From: an uncultured Gammaproteobacteria bacterium
GTDB taxonomy: Bacteria > Patescibacteriota > Patescibacteriia > Magasanikbacterales > GWA2-37-8
Direction: 5' to 3'
Assembly: GCA_964540825.1 (NCBI GenBank)
Contig: CAZINT010000001.1
Location: 5,315-69,314 of the forward strand
DNA: 64,000 bases
Shown: in pieces, positions 39,267 to 49,440 of the stretch
Layout of the letters: each line of letters begins with the position of its first letter
Position numbering within the stretch: position 1 is the first letter of the stretch
Translations under genes and position numbers: made by a program
The notes under the pieces: model-generated
Told to the model about the DNA's origin: nothing
What the model saw: the letters and a program-made list of their open reading frames with translations, nothing else
Database searches by the model: none

Positions 39267-41153
39267 TTAGAGAGAAATCTCGTTGCCTGTCAATGTGATA
39301 GTTTCGCCGGTCACTGCGTCTTCGGCTGTAATAGTAACTTTTGAAACAAGAGTGTTTTGAGTTGGATTTTTGCTCTTGAGCAGTATCGTAAATGGCCAAG
39401 CCAGCACATCCACACTGTCCGGCATTTCTCCTATAGTCCAGGTAAGTTTTTTGGTGGCCGTATTGAAAGTTGCTGTACCCGCTGGTACGGTAGAAGTAGC
39501 GATAGCGCCAACATCACCAAAAACTGTAGCGGAAAGATTAATATTTTTGAGCGGATGAAGCGTGTTGTTAAGTACCCAGGTAATCGCATGCTGCTCTTGC
39601 GCGCCTTCGGTGGTGACAGTATCACGAGCTTCAAAACTAAGATCCGAATGTATCGCAACGACAATGGGCGAGCCTGAAGCGGTTTTTTGAGCTCCTGATC
39701 CGTCCGTGTAGATAACGGTGGCCAAACTTGTTATTTTAGATTCAACAAAGTTTTTTAGATCAATGTCGTCATTAGTTTTGATCGGCAGTTGGATGTCAAT
39801 ATTTAATTCTTGTCCGGCACTGAGCGTCGCGAGCGCAGGAATTTTTTTCTTAGTCCAGCTAATTTGACCATGACGCAGCGTCTCGCTGATTTGTTCGCCC
39901 TTGATATCGCCGTCATATTTATCGGTGATCGCAGACCATTTCAGAATACTTTGATTTTTGTATGATGGGCCGTCAATTGCCAAGAGTGCTGAAATATCTT
40001 TGATATCGCTTGTACTTGTATTTTTAATATTTACGGTAAAGTTAAGTGTGTTGCCCGGGGCTGCTGATTGGGCGTCGAGTTTGCCGTTTATTGCCACGCT
40101 TACGAGCGTGCCTGTTTTTACAATACTGCTTTCAACGCCGCTATCAACAATTTTGTAAAGTTCGCCAGTTCCCGGAGTTACGATAAAGAGGCTGGCGCGC
40201 ACCGGGAATGATCCGCCTTCTTCGTCGTTGAGCGTGCCGCGAACAATAAAGGTGCGGGGTGAAGCACTGGTGAGAGTTGAGGAAGCGGTATTTTTAAGTA
40301 TCCACTGTTTACCGTCGCTGAGGGCAGGTGTCGTTGAAGCGATAGTAAAATTAGGAGGAAGTACCGGGGTTAAACGAAGTTCAGAAAAATTTGCTGTACC
40401 AGCATTTTTTACAGTAAAGGTAAATTCAGTGGGGGTGCCCGGACTAATTTTATCGCTGGCCGCTATTGCTACGCTAAACGGCGAGTTGGTCACGGTGGTC
40501 ACCATGTCAGCTGTTTTTTGGAGCGTAGAATTAATATTTTTGGGCTGATATTTAAGCGAAAGACGGAGTGACCCTGCTTGATTAATAGCGCCATAGGTAA
40601 CCCCGGTAATTGTAATAGTGCCGTCACTATTCGCTGGAATGGTGCCGATGTCAGCTTCATTATGGGTAGCGTTGCCAAGGCTGATGGAGCTCGTAGTGTA
40701 GATAAAGCCGGCTGGGTACCAGATATCAAGCTTTGCATTCGTGATATCTGTGGTTTGATTGTTGTGGTAGGTGATTTTATAGGTAGTTGTCGCACCAAGT
40801 GTCACACTATCAGGACCTTCAACGCTCAAGGAGATCTGATTATCGGCCGCGGCTCGGTTGCTTGGCAAAACAAAAAAACCGATCCATGCTGCAAAGGCCA
40901 TAAGCGAACCGATGATCAAAACCATCATAATAAAACCAAGTACCGGGTGTCTTTTTTTGATATCAATTTTTTTCATGTCTGGCATGCGTCCGCTTTCGTT
41001 TTGATAAATTGACGCGAGGCCGCTGTCGATTCGCTGTTCGGCTTCGGTCGGAAGCGATTTTTTTCGAGCGGTTAGTTTTTTAGTGCGCAATTGGGGTTTT
41101 TTGCGCGGCGTTACTTCTTGGTTTGGAGTAAGGTCGTTGATTTCTGAAGACAT
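39267..41153 (-). CDS. Single-pass membrane protein with extracellular Ig-like (DUF11-like) repeats
   Basis: TM followed by S/T-rich beta repeats (G...TY.ITY.N, PG...FTFTVKN). Confidence 0.7.
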   Translation of the reverse strand: MSSEINDLTPNQEVTPRKKPQLRTKKLTARKKSLPTEAEQRIDSGLASIYQNESGRMPDMKKIDIKKRHPVLGFIMMVLIIGSLMAFAAWIGFFVLPSNRAAADNQISLSVEGPDSVTLGATTTYKITYHNNQTTDITNAKLDIWYPAGFIYTTSSISLGNATHNEADIGTIPANSDGTITITGVTYGAINQAGSLRLSLKYQPKNINSTLQKTADMVTTVTNSPFSVAIAASDKISPGTPTEFTFTVKNAGTANFSELRLTPVLPPNFTIASTTPALSDGKQWILKNTASSTLTSASPRTFIVRGTLNDEEGGSFPVRASLFIVTPGTGELYKIVDSGVESSIVKTGTLVSVAINGKLDAQSAAPGNTLNFTVNIKNTSTSDIKDISALLAIDGPSYKNQSILKWSAITDKYDGDIKGEQISETLRHGQISWTKKKIPALATLSAGQELNIDIQLPIKTNDDIDLKNFVESKITSLATVIYTDGSGAQKTASGSPIVVAIHSDLSFEARDTVTTEGAQEQHAITWVLNNTLHPLKNINLSATVFGDVGAIATSTVPAGTATFNTATKKLTWTIGEMPDSVDVLAWPFTILLKSKNPTQNTLVSKVTITAEDAVTGETITLTGNEISL

Positions 41154-41197
41154 AAGCAAGGGAATAAATTCAAAAAGGTAATCAAGGATTAATAAAC

Positions 41198-43834
41198 TTA
41201 ATGATTTTTGTTCAGGATAATGCTCCAAATACTATCCTTAGTAAAATTGGGTACGGAAATTTCCGCGCCATTTGTCGCCAGCGTTATCTCGTCGCTGTTT
41301 TTCCAGATAGGATTCCAATCGTTGGGGAATATGATTTGGCTGTTGAAAGAACTAACCGAACCGGACTGGCGCTGTGCGACCAGGCTGTAATCGCCCGTAG
41401 GTGCTTTTGGTGAAAGAAGTTTTGCTAAAAATGTACGATTATCGGCCGCTGACTGGGTGGTGACTTTAAATGGAAGGCGATAGGTAAATTGAACTTGGTT
41501 GGTCTGTCCGGCAGTGGTAATTATCCAATTGCCGAAAGAGGTTTTCCCAAATTCGTTAATAACATGCGTGCCGGAAGCGGGATCAATCGTAACTAACTTC
41601 TCTTGTTCAGTTAAAAAACCGTCTTTTTTGTACCAGTTCTCTGGCGCGCGGAAACTGGTATCGTCGGGCCAGGTAAAGCCAGCGGCAGAAAGGAGTGTGC
41701 TCCCTTCAGGGACATAGACGCGGATATAATCAGTATTCGGTGCGCCATATAATTTTTGGGTTGCGTCACCTTGGTGGGTGCGCGTAATAATTACGGTATC
41801 AACAATAGAGCCATCAGCATCGACCACAGCCTGGTGCGTAATACTTTGTTTAATTTCGGCATCACTTTTTTGACCTTGAATATTGGTGTTCACGACCATG
41901 AGATAATCTTGCCCGTCGCGGGTAGGAGTCATGGTACCGGCCCATCCAAAAGAAGCAACACTTGCTTCAGTGGCGGCGTCGGTAAAGTAGGCTTGAATAT
42001 CCTTTTCTTGCAGTGACTCCTGGATATTTTTGAGCAGGCTCAGTGTAGTGGCTGAGTTTAAATTTCCCAGTTGACCAATAAGCGTGTGTGCCAAGTCACC
42101 CAAAATTTGTTTTGGCTTATTGAGTTTTTTTTCCGGGCCTTCTTCGACAACTTGTTGGAGCGTGGTAAGAGCGTTATCGGTGGTGAGAGTGAGTCCGCGC
42201 TGTTCGTCGGTAACTGGGCCGACAAGGGCTAATATTTTTTCAAGTACGGGGGCGTTAACGGCAATAACGCCGTCGAGGGTTATTCCGCGGCTATGGCGAT
42301 AAAACCAGAGCATTTTTTGGCTGCTCGCACTAAAATCGGGAAACCAGTTAGCGTCTTGGAATTCCCAGCGTTTGTTTGTGAGCAAGAGTGGAGTAGGGGG
42401 TTCAACGTATTGATCGAGCTGCCCCTGGAGGTCGTAGCTGCCTCCAGCCGGGATATCAAACTTAATAATTTTACCGTCTTTAACTTCAATTATCGCAAAG
42501 CTGCCCACAAAACCGCCAGTCGGGCGAAGCTCGGCAGGATTTTGGAAAGCAATCAAATAGCGGCGCAGGCCTTCGCCGCCAAAAATTTCGTTAATAGGTT
42601 CTTCGAGACTGCTGATGCTTGTAAGGTCGTTGACCGTGGCGGCAAAGAGGGTGCGAAATTTGGTAAAAGCGTCTTGGTATTCGGCGGGCAAGACTGCCGG
42701 GTCGACGTCATTCAAATTCTCAACTGCCTGTTGGTAGTTAGGTAAGGCAGGTTTGAGTCCTTGTAAAACGTGGTTTATTTTGGAAAGTGGCGTCGTGCTG
42801 GCTGTTTCAGCAGTTGTGACGCTCGCGAGGAGGTAGCTGTTGCCAACAGTTATTTGCTGACCGGCAATAAGGAGTTTTTGGCGGCTGGCAATTTGATCTT
42901 TGACAACGGGAATGGCGCTGACGATTGTTTCGAGCCATTGATATTTTTCAAGAGTGGTAATCGCGGTATCAAAATGACTTAATGCGGCCTCGGTAGAATC
43001 TGTCGCGTCGGATAGGTTGGAGGCGAGGAGTTGCCGGGTCGAATTTTCCAGAGCTTTAAAACCGGCGGTACTGTTTTCAACCACGGCTACCTTATTTTTT
43101 TGGAGTTCAACATAATAACTTCGTGCCGGAAGCGGTACGATGCCAATGAGCGTGATAACAAGTAAAGCAAACGCAGTTGCTCGTTTGCTCGGCCCATTGA
43201 GTAATACGCTGCGGGCGTTGCCAACGAAATGTGCGGCGCTATTTTCAAGCGTCTGAGAAAGCGCAATAATTTTTTGGTCATAGGCAGTCTGCCAGTTGCG
43301 CAGACGCGTACGAAGCGGAAGTGATGGCTTTTGCGTTTTAATTTTTTTGACGCTGACGGCAGCTCTATTTTTTACTGCTGGCAGCACAACTGATTTTGGC
43401 AATGATTTGGCGGCTTCGCCTCGCGCAGGTGCTTCGCGGTGCAGGTACTCTGCTGGAGCGGCAGGAGGAAATTTTAAAATTCGTTTTGCTCCCGTGGCAA
43501 TTGCTTCAAGTTTTAAAACCTCAACGCGTGAGGCGGGGGGAATTTCAGTATGTTTTTGATGATGATAGTGATAGGCAGGATTGGTTGATTTCTTTGGCGA
43601 GGAAACTTCAACCCGATCCCATAAGGATGCGGTATTTTTTTTAAGATTGACAATGTGGGGTGAGGCAGGCGGTTCTGTGGTAACGTGGTGGACAAAAAAA
43701 TGCACCTGATTATCATGAGGAGTTGCTGGCGGTCTTTGTTGTGTAACTGCTTCGGGGCAAGTGGATTTATTGTGTCCAACCTTGGTACATAAGCCGCAGC
43801 GACGCAGTTGAAGATGTTTGCTTTTTTTAGGCAT
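41198..43834 (-). CDS. DUF4012 domain protein with N-terminal CCHC knuckle
   Basis: YLIAFQNPAELRPTGGF.GS, DANWFPDF, DGVIAV, NIQGQKSD, YIRVYVPEGS. Confidence 0.88.
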   Translation of the reverse strand: MPKKSKHLQLRRCGLCTKVGHNKSTCPEAVTQQRPPATPHDNQVHFFVHHVTTEPPASPHIVNLKKNTASLWDRVEVSSPKKSTNPAYHYHHQKHTEIPPASRVEVLKLEAIATGAKRILKFPPAAPAEYLHREAPARGEAAKSLPKSVVLPAVKNRAAVSVKKIKTQKPSLPLRTRLRNWQTAYDQKIIALSQTLENSAAHFVGNARSVLLNGPSKRATAFALLVITLIGIVPLPARSYYVELQKNKVAVVENSTAGFKALENSTRQLLASNLSDATDSTEAALSHFDTAITTLEKYQWLETIVSAIPVVKDQIASRQKLLIAGQQITVGNSYLLASVTTAETASTTPLSKINHVLQGLKPALPNYQQAVENLNDVDPAVLPAEYQDAFTKFRTLFAATVNDLTSISSLEEPINEIFGGEGLRRYLIAFQNPAELRPTGGFVGSFAIIEVKDGKIIKFDIPAGGSYDLQGQLDQYVEPPTPLLLTNKRWEFQDANWFPDFSASSQKMLWFYRHSRGITLDGVIAVNAPVLEKILALVGPVTDEQRGLTLTTDNALTTLQQVVEEGPEKKLNKPKQILGDLAHTLIGQLGNLNSATTLSLLKNIQESLQEKDIQAYFTDAATEASVASFGWAGTMTPTRDGQDYLMVVNTNIQGQKSDAEIKQSITHQAVVDADGSIVDTVIITRTHQGDATQKLYGAPNTDYIRVYVPEGSTLLSAAGFTWPDDTSFRAPENWYKKDGFLTEQEKLVTIDPASGTHVINEFGKTSFGNWIITTAGQTNQVQFTYRLPFKVTTQSAADNRTFLAKLLSPKAPTGDYSLVAQRQSGSVSSFNSQIIFPNDWNPIWKNSDEITLATNGAEISVPNFTKDSIWSIILNKNH

Positions 43835-43901
43835 GCAGGAGACGCTAAAATCTAGACGGTAGTATACACTATTTTCAAGTCTTCCCCTAGCTAAAAATGG
43901 C

Positions 43902-45050
43902 TTATTTATCCACTCCTTCTAAAGTTTCGTTATGTGCTTGAGCTCTGTGGTATATGGTAAGTGTTTCGATCGTTAATTTTTCCCAAGAATAACGTGAACA
44001 CCATTCGTATCCATCGCGAGTAAGCTGCTTGAGGAGTTTTGGATTCTTTAAAGTGTCAAAAAGTACTCCGGCTAAAGCCTTGGGATCGCGTGGGTCAAAA
44101 AAAACAGCGGCTGAGCCAAGAATTTCCGGTAAACAAGTGCTAGTAGAGGCAGCTACCGGCAGGCCGTAGCTCATGGCTTCAAGGGGTGGAAGGCCAAAAC
44201 CTTCGTAGAGGCTTGGAAAAACATACAGCGAAGCATTTTTGTAAAAAAAAGGCAGCTGCTCGTCGGGGATGAAGCCGGTAAAAATCGGTTTATTAGGGGT
44301 GGCTGCCGGCAGATTCGATTGGAGTTTTTGGTAAAAGAAATTTTCTTTACCGATGAGCACTAATTGGTAGTCAGTTGTTTGCTGACAAAAAATTTCCCAT
44401 GCTTTTATGAGCTGGTCAAGATTTTTGTGAGGATAAGCAACGCCAACGTAGAGTAGATAGGGTTTGGTGATGCCATATGATGAGAGGTTTAACGAAGTTT
44501 CCTTCCGGGCTGGCTTAGAAAAGGCTGCTTGGTAGGTGGTAGTAATTTTTTCAAGTGGTATGTGGAGTGTCTTGTGAATATCCTGCTTTGTAAATTCACT
44601 TGTGGCGATAATGTGCTGCGATTTCTTCGCTGCATGCCGTAGCACTTTTTTGTACATGAGCTGTTTAAACCAATACGTCAGCGGCCCGAGGGTGCTGGCC
44701 GCTCGGGTGGGATAGTGCATAAGCAGCAGATCATGAATTGTTACGATGAAAGGTTCGTTGTAGCCAAGCGGAACGTTCCAGTGCGGAAAATGCAGCAGAT
44801 CTACCTTGGCGGAGCGAAAAATTTTGGAAAGCAACAGCTGTTCTTTCCAGCCATACCAGGGTATATCGGCCAGGACTTTGTGAAAACGAGGGTTGACGGG
44901 GATATAGGAATCCCAGTTTTGACGTCGCAAAAAAATAGTAAACGTGTCGTCGGTATTCGTTTTTTCGAGATGGAGAACAAGTTGTTCGATGTACCGGCCA
45001 AGACCGCCCTGCTCGGGTCCAAAAAGGCGTGCGTCAATTCCAATATGCAT
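43902..45050 (-). CDS. Glycosyltransferase family 4
   Basis: IGIDAR, TIHDL, HKN, PSLYEGFGLPPLEAM. Confidence 0.93.
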   Translation of the reverse strand: MHIGIDARLFGPEQGGLGRYIEQLVLHLEKTNTDDTFTIFLRRQNWDSYIPVNPRFHKVLADIPWYGWKEQLLLSKIFRSAKVDLLHFPHWNVPLGYNEPFIVTIHDLLLMHYPTRAASTLGPLTYWFKQLMYKKVLRHAAKKSQHIIATSEFTKQDIHKTLHIPLEKITTTYQAAFSKPARKETSLNLSSYGITKPYLLYVGVAYPHKNLDQLIKAWEIFCQQTTDYQLVLIGKENFFYQKLQSNLPAATPNKPIFTGFIPDEQLPFFYKNASLYVFPSLYEGFGLPPLEAMSYGLPVAASTSTCLPEILGSAAVFFDPRDPKALAGVLFDTLKNPKLLKQLTRDGYEWCSRYSWEKLTIETLTIYHRAQAHNETLEGVDK

Positions 45051-45197
45051 ACATAGTTTAATACTGTGTATGTAGTATACCTCCAAACACCCTGTGTGCA
45101 CTAGTCGGCTTTAAATACGTTATAAAAGCTGATTTTTTGCCGGTGGATTGATTTATTTGTGATTTTGACGTATACTTACGCAATCTAAACTCTTCTT

Positions 45198-46409
45198 ATG
45201 CCGTATCTTAGCCAAATTTTAGGGAGCCGTATTGAAGATAGTGCGGATACCTTTGTCGGAAAATTGACTGACATTATTGTGAAACCGACTACCGGGGCCT
45301 ATGCTTCCCTGCTTTTTTTGGCAGTTAAAGAGCCGGGCAAGAAAGAGTGCCGATTTATTCCTTTTAGCCATGTTGAAAACATGAGCCGGAGTCAAATCGA
45401 CCTCAAAAGCCTGCAGGAAAAAATTCCGGCCCAGAGCGCTGAGGATGATTGGGTGTATCTTTCGCGTGACGTACTTGATCAGCAGATTGTGGATGTAGCT
45501 GGTGCGCGCGTGGTGCGCGTGAACGACTTGCGTATTGGCTTGTTTGAAAAACAGATGTCAGTTTTGGGTATTGACGTCAGTTTTAAAGGCCTCTTGCGTC
45601 GTTTGGGTTTGGCGGCGTTTGATGTTCGGGATTGGTTTAAGGTCAATCTTATTGACTGGCGTAAAACGCAGCTCGTGAAAGGAGCGGTGAAGTTAAGTAC
45701 CCTTTCGAGTGATTTGATCCGCTTACACCCGGCTGACCTTGCCAATATTATTGAAGATTTGAGTATCAAACAGGGAAGTAAACTGGTCGAATCGCTGGAT
45801 GAAGCGACGGCTGCAAAAGTTATGGAAGAGATCGATCCTGAGCTGCAAAAAGCGCTTGTTCAACATCTGAGCCGTGAAGAAGCTGTTAAAATTATTGGAC
45901 AAATGTCGATTGACGAAGTCGTAGACTTATTAAAAATTTTACCCAAAGAAGACGCGCGGGTTTTTATTTCCCAGTTAAAAAATGTCGACTTCAAAAAAAT
46001 CGAAAACTTAATTGGATATGAAGATGATACTGCAGGCGGCCTCATGACTACTGAATTCGTAAGCGTGCCGCTCGGGTGGAATGTCGAGCAGGCGCTCGAA
46101 GAAGTGCGCCGAATGTCGCCGGAACTGCGGTCTATTTTGTATGTCTATGTGGTTGACGGCGAAGGAATTTTTAAAGGGGCTCTGTCGCTCAGACGCTTAC
46201 TTGTGGCTGAAAAAGAAGCTCGGCTCAGGGATTTAGTTCAAGAATTTTCAGTGCAAGTAACGCTTCGATTGGGCGATAAGATTAATCAGGTGATTACGGT
46301 TATGACAAAGTACGACCTGTATTTTGCAGCTGTGCTTGATGATCGCGGTAAATTATTAGGTGTGGTTTCGATTGATGACGTTATGCGCCAAATTGCGCCT
46401 AAAGCCTAG
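45198..46409 (+). CDS. MgtE intracellular-domain protein (PRC, MgtE_N, CBS pair), no TM domain
   Basis: LDQQIVD..G.RVVRVND, LHPADLA, DTAGGLMT, GVVSIDDV. Confidence 0.88.
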   Translation: MPYLSQILGSRIEDSADTFVGKLTDIIVKPTTGAYASLLFLAVKEPGKKECRFIPFSHVENMSRSQIDLKSLQEKIPAQSAEDDWVYLSRDVLDQQIVDVAGARVVRVNDLRIGLFEKQMSVLGIDVSFKGLLRRLGLAAFDVRDWFKVNLIDWRKTQLVKGAVKLSTLSSDLIRLHPADLANIIEDLSIKQGSKLVESLDEATAAKVMEEIDPELQKALVQHLSREEAVKIIGQMSIDEVVDLLKILPKEDARVFISQLKNVDFKKIENLIGYEDDTAGGLMTTEFVSVPLGWNVEQALEEVRRMSPELRSILYVYVVDGEGIFKGALSLRRLLVAEKEARLRDLVQEFSVQVTLRLGDKINQVITVMTKYDLYFAAVLDDRGKLLGVVSIDDVMRQIAPKA

Positions 46410-46413
46410 TCGT

Positions 46414-47661
46414 ATGAAAAAAAGAATAAAAATACTATTTGCCAAAATTGCTGCTGTCTTTGCAGTTATTGGCCCGGGAATAATTGCGGCCAATGCTGAC
46501 AATGATGCCGGCGGTATCACAACCTATTCGGTAGTTGGTGCGCAGTTTGGTTTTAAAATGCTCTGGGTATTGTTTTTACTCACCTTTGCACTCGCGATTA
46601 CCCAGGAAATGGGTGCGCGAATCGGCCTGGTGACCAGGCAGGGCCTGGGGGGTGTCATTCGTGAAAATTTTGGCGTCAAGCTGACGGTGTTTGCAATGGT
46701 TGCTATGCTTATCGCTAATATCGGGACAACCACTGCTGAGTTTGCGGGTGTTGCTGCCTCATTTTCATTGTTTGGTGTCAGTAAATATATTGCGGTACCA
46801 GTTATTGCAGTGCTGATTTGGATTATTTTGTTCAAAGGCTCATTCAAGACAACCCAAAAATTATTTTTGATTTTTTCGCTCCTGTACGTTGTGTATATTA
46901 TTAACGGGCTCATAATTCAGCCCGATTTTCACGCTGCTTTTCAGGCACTTGTTCACCCGACACTCGAGTGGAACACTGCCTATTTAGTAACTGTTATTGC
47001 GCTTATCGGCACAACCATTACACCGTGGGGACAATTTTTTATTCAGTCCTACGTAGTCGATAAAGGGCTTGATATTAAACACTATAAAACCGAAAAAAAA
47101 GAAGTCTATTTTGGGGCGCTCCTTACCAACATTGTTAGCTTTTTTATTATCGTCAGTACTGCTGCAACGCTGTACAAATATGGCATACACGTGACTGATG
47201 CGAGCGAAGCCGCGGCAGCGCTCCGCCCGTTGGCTGGCAATTTAGCCGAACTGCTTTTTGGTGCCGGCCTCTTTGCCGCTTCGATGCTGGGGGCATTTAT
47301 CTTGCCCGTTGCAACTGCGTACGCGCTTTGCGAAGCGTTTGGTTGGGAATCGGGTTTTGATACGAATTGGAAAACCGGGCGGATTTTCTATAGTATTATT
47401 TTGTTCATGATCACGCTGCCAAGTTTAATTGTATTAATTCCCGGCGTTTCACTGGTTAAAGTTATGCTTCTGTCGCAAGATATTAATGGAATACTTTTGC
47501 CGTTCATTCTTATTTTTGTGATGAAGATCGTAAACAATAAACGCGTGATGGGCGAGTATACCAATAAACCTGTTGGCAATACGATCGCCTGGATCACCAT
47601 TGGATCACTGATTGCGGTGACGATTGCGCTCGTTATTTCTTCTTTTTTGGGGTATGCTTAA
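46414..47661 (+). CDS. NRAMP-family divalent metal transporter (Mg-type)
   Basis: GPGII..NADNDAGG, QEM.AR.G, IGTTITPW. Confidence 0.9.
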   Translation: MKKRIKILFAKIAAVFAVIGPGIIAANADNDAGGITTYSVVGAQFGFKMLWVLFLLTFALAITQEMGARIGLVTRQGLGGVIRENFGVKLTVFAMVAMLIANIGTTTAEFAGVAASFSLFGVSKYIAVPVIAVLIWIILFKGSFKTTQKLFLIFSLLYVVYIINGLIIQPDFHAAFQALVHPTLEWNTAYLVTVIALIGTTITPWGQFFIQSYVVDKGLDIKHYKTEKKEVYFGALLTNIVSFFIIVSTAATLYKYGIHVTDASEAAAALRPLAGNLAELLFGAGLFAASMLGAFILPVATAYALCEAFGWESGFDTNWKTGRIFYSIILFMITLPSLIVLIPGVSLVKVMLLSQDINGILLPFILIFVMKIVNNKRVMGEYTNKPVGNTIAWITIGSLIAVTIALVISSFLGYA

Positions 47662-47667
47662 TGACAT

Positions 47668-49440
47668 ATGCTAGAACGCCGACCTAACATTCAAGAAGAC
47701 TATTATCCCGGCAGCAGCGATTACCCCAAACACAAAAAGACACCTGATCTGCCAAATTTTTTTGATGCAGCATATCAAGGATTGAATCCTGAACAACAAA
47801 TTATTTTGAAAGATTTAGTACAAAAGTGGCGATCGGCTAAAGGCCAAGGTAAGCGCGTCTATACCGAAGAACTCAAACTAACCCTTAGGGAATTTGGTGT
47901 CTGGCGTGACGCCGCCTTTGATTTTTTGAATGAAGTAAAACGTCCTTCAGTAAAGAAAGAAGTCGTGGCTGCAGCCGCTGCCGAATCAGAAGAAAAAATG
48001 TCAGCGACAAAAGCGGAGGTAGCTATCCCTGGCCAGTGCGAGGATGCTTCACGATCGATACAAAATATTTTGTCCGATGCGGATGGCGAAGATGATGAAG
48101 GTGGATATCCTCAGGAACAGCCTTCGGTTATAGGTTCTCGGCGGTCTGTTGTTAACGAGTTTCGTCGAGATTTTGAGAGTAAGACTCGGGACCGCCTGTC
48201 GGGTATGCCTCATGGACGTGTTCGTCACGTCGAGGTTAAAAATGGTACTCAGGTGCAGCACATTGGTAAACGGGGGCCGCAAAAACCTCGCTATAAAGAT
48301 CACCGTTCACTTGATGGTCGGCTCTCTGCAGACGACCAAAAAGCTGTAAAACGTTTTGAAAAATCTCTTGAGATTGAACGTCTTTCCCGGCCAGTACGCA
48401 AGAAGCCCTTGCGCGAGGCGCTGCCAATTTTTGAGCTATCAAGCACTGCGGAGCTACGACGTGACAAACCCATAGTAGAGCCTAAACTCCAATCGACGAG
48501 CGGTGTAGAACAAAAAATTCCTGTAGCGCAAGCTTCGGCATCTTTTGAGGATGCTGATCGGAGACAGGTATATCTCGATCCTTTTCTTGACAGGCCTCAT
48601 TTTTTACGTGATGCGCGAAAAGCCTGGGGGAGTGCTGGGGCAGAAGTTCGCCGTCAAACTGCTTCAACTGCACCGTCTGAAACGGTGCTGCCAAATATTT
48701 TGGAACCTGAGCATAAAGGCCCTGTGGCCGAGCAGACAACTGCACGCCAGAATTTTCTCGATAAACTAACCTCACCACTAAAGGAATTTTTAGAACGCCT
48801 GCGCGGTAGAGAAGTCGAATTGCATTCAAAAGAAGCGCGTGAAAAAGAACCGGTACGACGTTTTCGAATTCACGTCGAATACGATCCGCCGCTTAAGTTT
48901 TCAAATCTTTCTGGTTCACTTCCAGACGCGGCTGAGCGCGCTGACAAACGCAAGGAATTTGGGGAGAAACTTGGTATCACCGAAGCACGGTACGGCACGC
49001 CCGAGGACAAGTTGCTGAGCGGACTAACTGATTTGATGCTTTTTGGTTTTACCGATAGTAAAGATTTTGTGTACTATGGAACTGAGGGTGAACTCAAAAA
49101 AATTTGTGCGAAGATGCGTGATGTTGGTTTTATAGCAGGAACCGAAGAATTGCCCCTCAGCGAACTAGATCCTGACCGGACGTATAAGCTTGTTGTGCAA
49201 GGGATTTCACCGCAGGGCCTCAATCGCAAGATCAGTTATATTAAAACAATTCGAGATGTCTTGAGAATACCGACGCTTGAAGCAAAAGAAATTGTCGATC
49301 TGCAGGTAGCTATGGAAAAATCCACCCAGCACATGCCGACGGAATTACCCGGCAGCTTCGCTGGCGCTCGGGTGCGGTCTGTTGAAGAAGCGCTGCTTGC
49401 AGCAGGAGCAAAATCAGTTCAGGTTCAGCCAGTCTCTTGA
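47668..49440 (+). CDS. Hypothetical protein with C-terminal L7/L12-CTD-like domain
   Basis: KISYIKTIR......EAKEIVD...EEALLAAGA. Confidence 0.65.
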   Translation: MLERRPNIQEDYYPGSSDYPKHKKTPDLPNFFDAAYQGLNPEQQIILKDLVQKWRSAKGQGKRVYTEELKLTLREFGVWRDAAFDFLNEVKRPSVKKEVVAAAAAESEEKMSATKAEVAIPGQCEDASRSIQNILSDADGEDDEGGYPQEQPSVIGSRRSVVNEFRRDFESKTRDRLSGMPHGRVRHVEVKNGTQVQHIGKRGPQKPRYKDHRSLDGRLSADDQKAVKRFEKSLEIERLSRPVRKKPLREALPIFELSSTAELRRDKPIVEPKLQSTSGVEQKIPVAQASASFEDADRRQVYLDPFLDRPHFLRDARKAWGSAGAEVRRQTASTAPSETVLPNILEPEHKGPVAEQTTARQNFLDKLTSPLKEFLERLRGREVELHSKEAREKEPVRRFRIHVEYDPPLKFSNLSGSLPDAAERADKRKEFGEKLGITEARYGTPEDKLLSGLTDLMLFGFTDSKDFVYYGTEGELKKICAKMRDVGFIAGTEELPLSELDPDRTYKLVVQGISPQGLNRKISYIKTIRDVLRIPTLEAKEIVDLQVAMEKSTQHMPTELPGSFAGARVRSVEEALLAAGAKSVQVQPVS

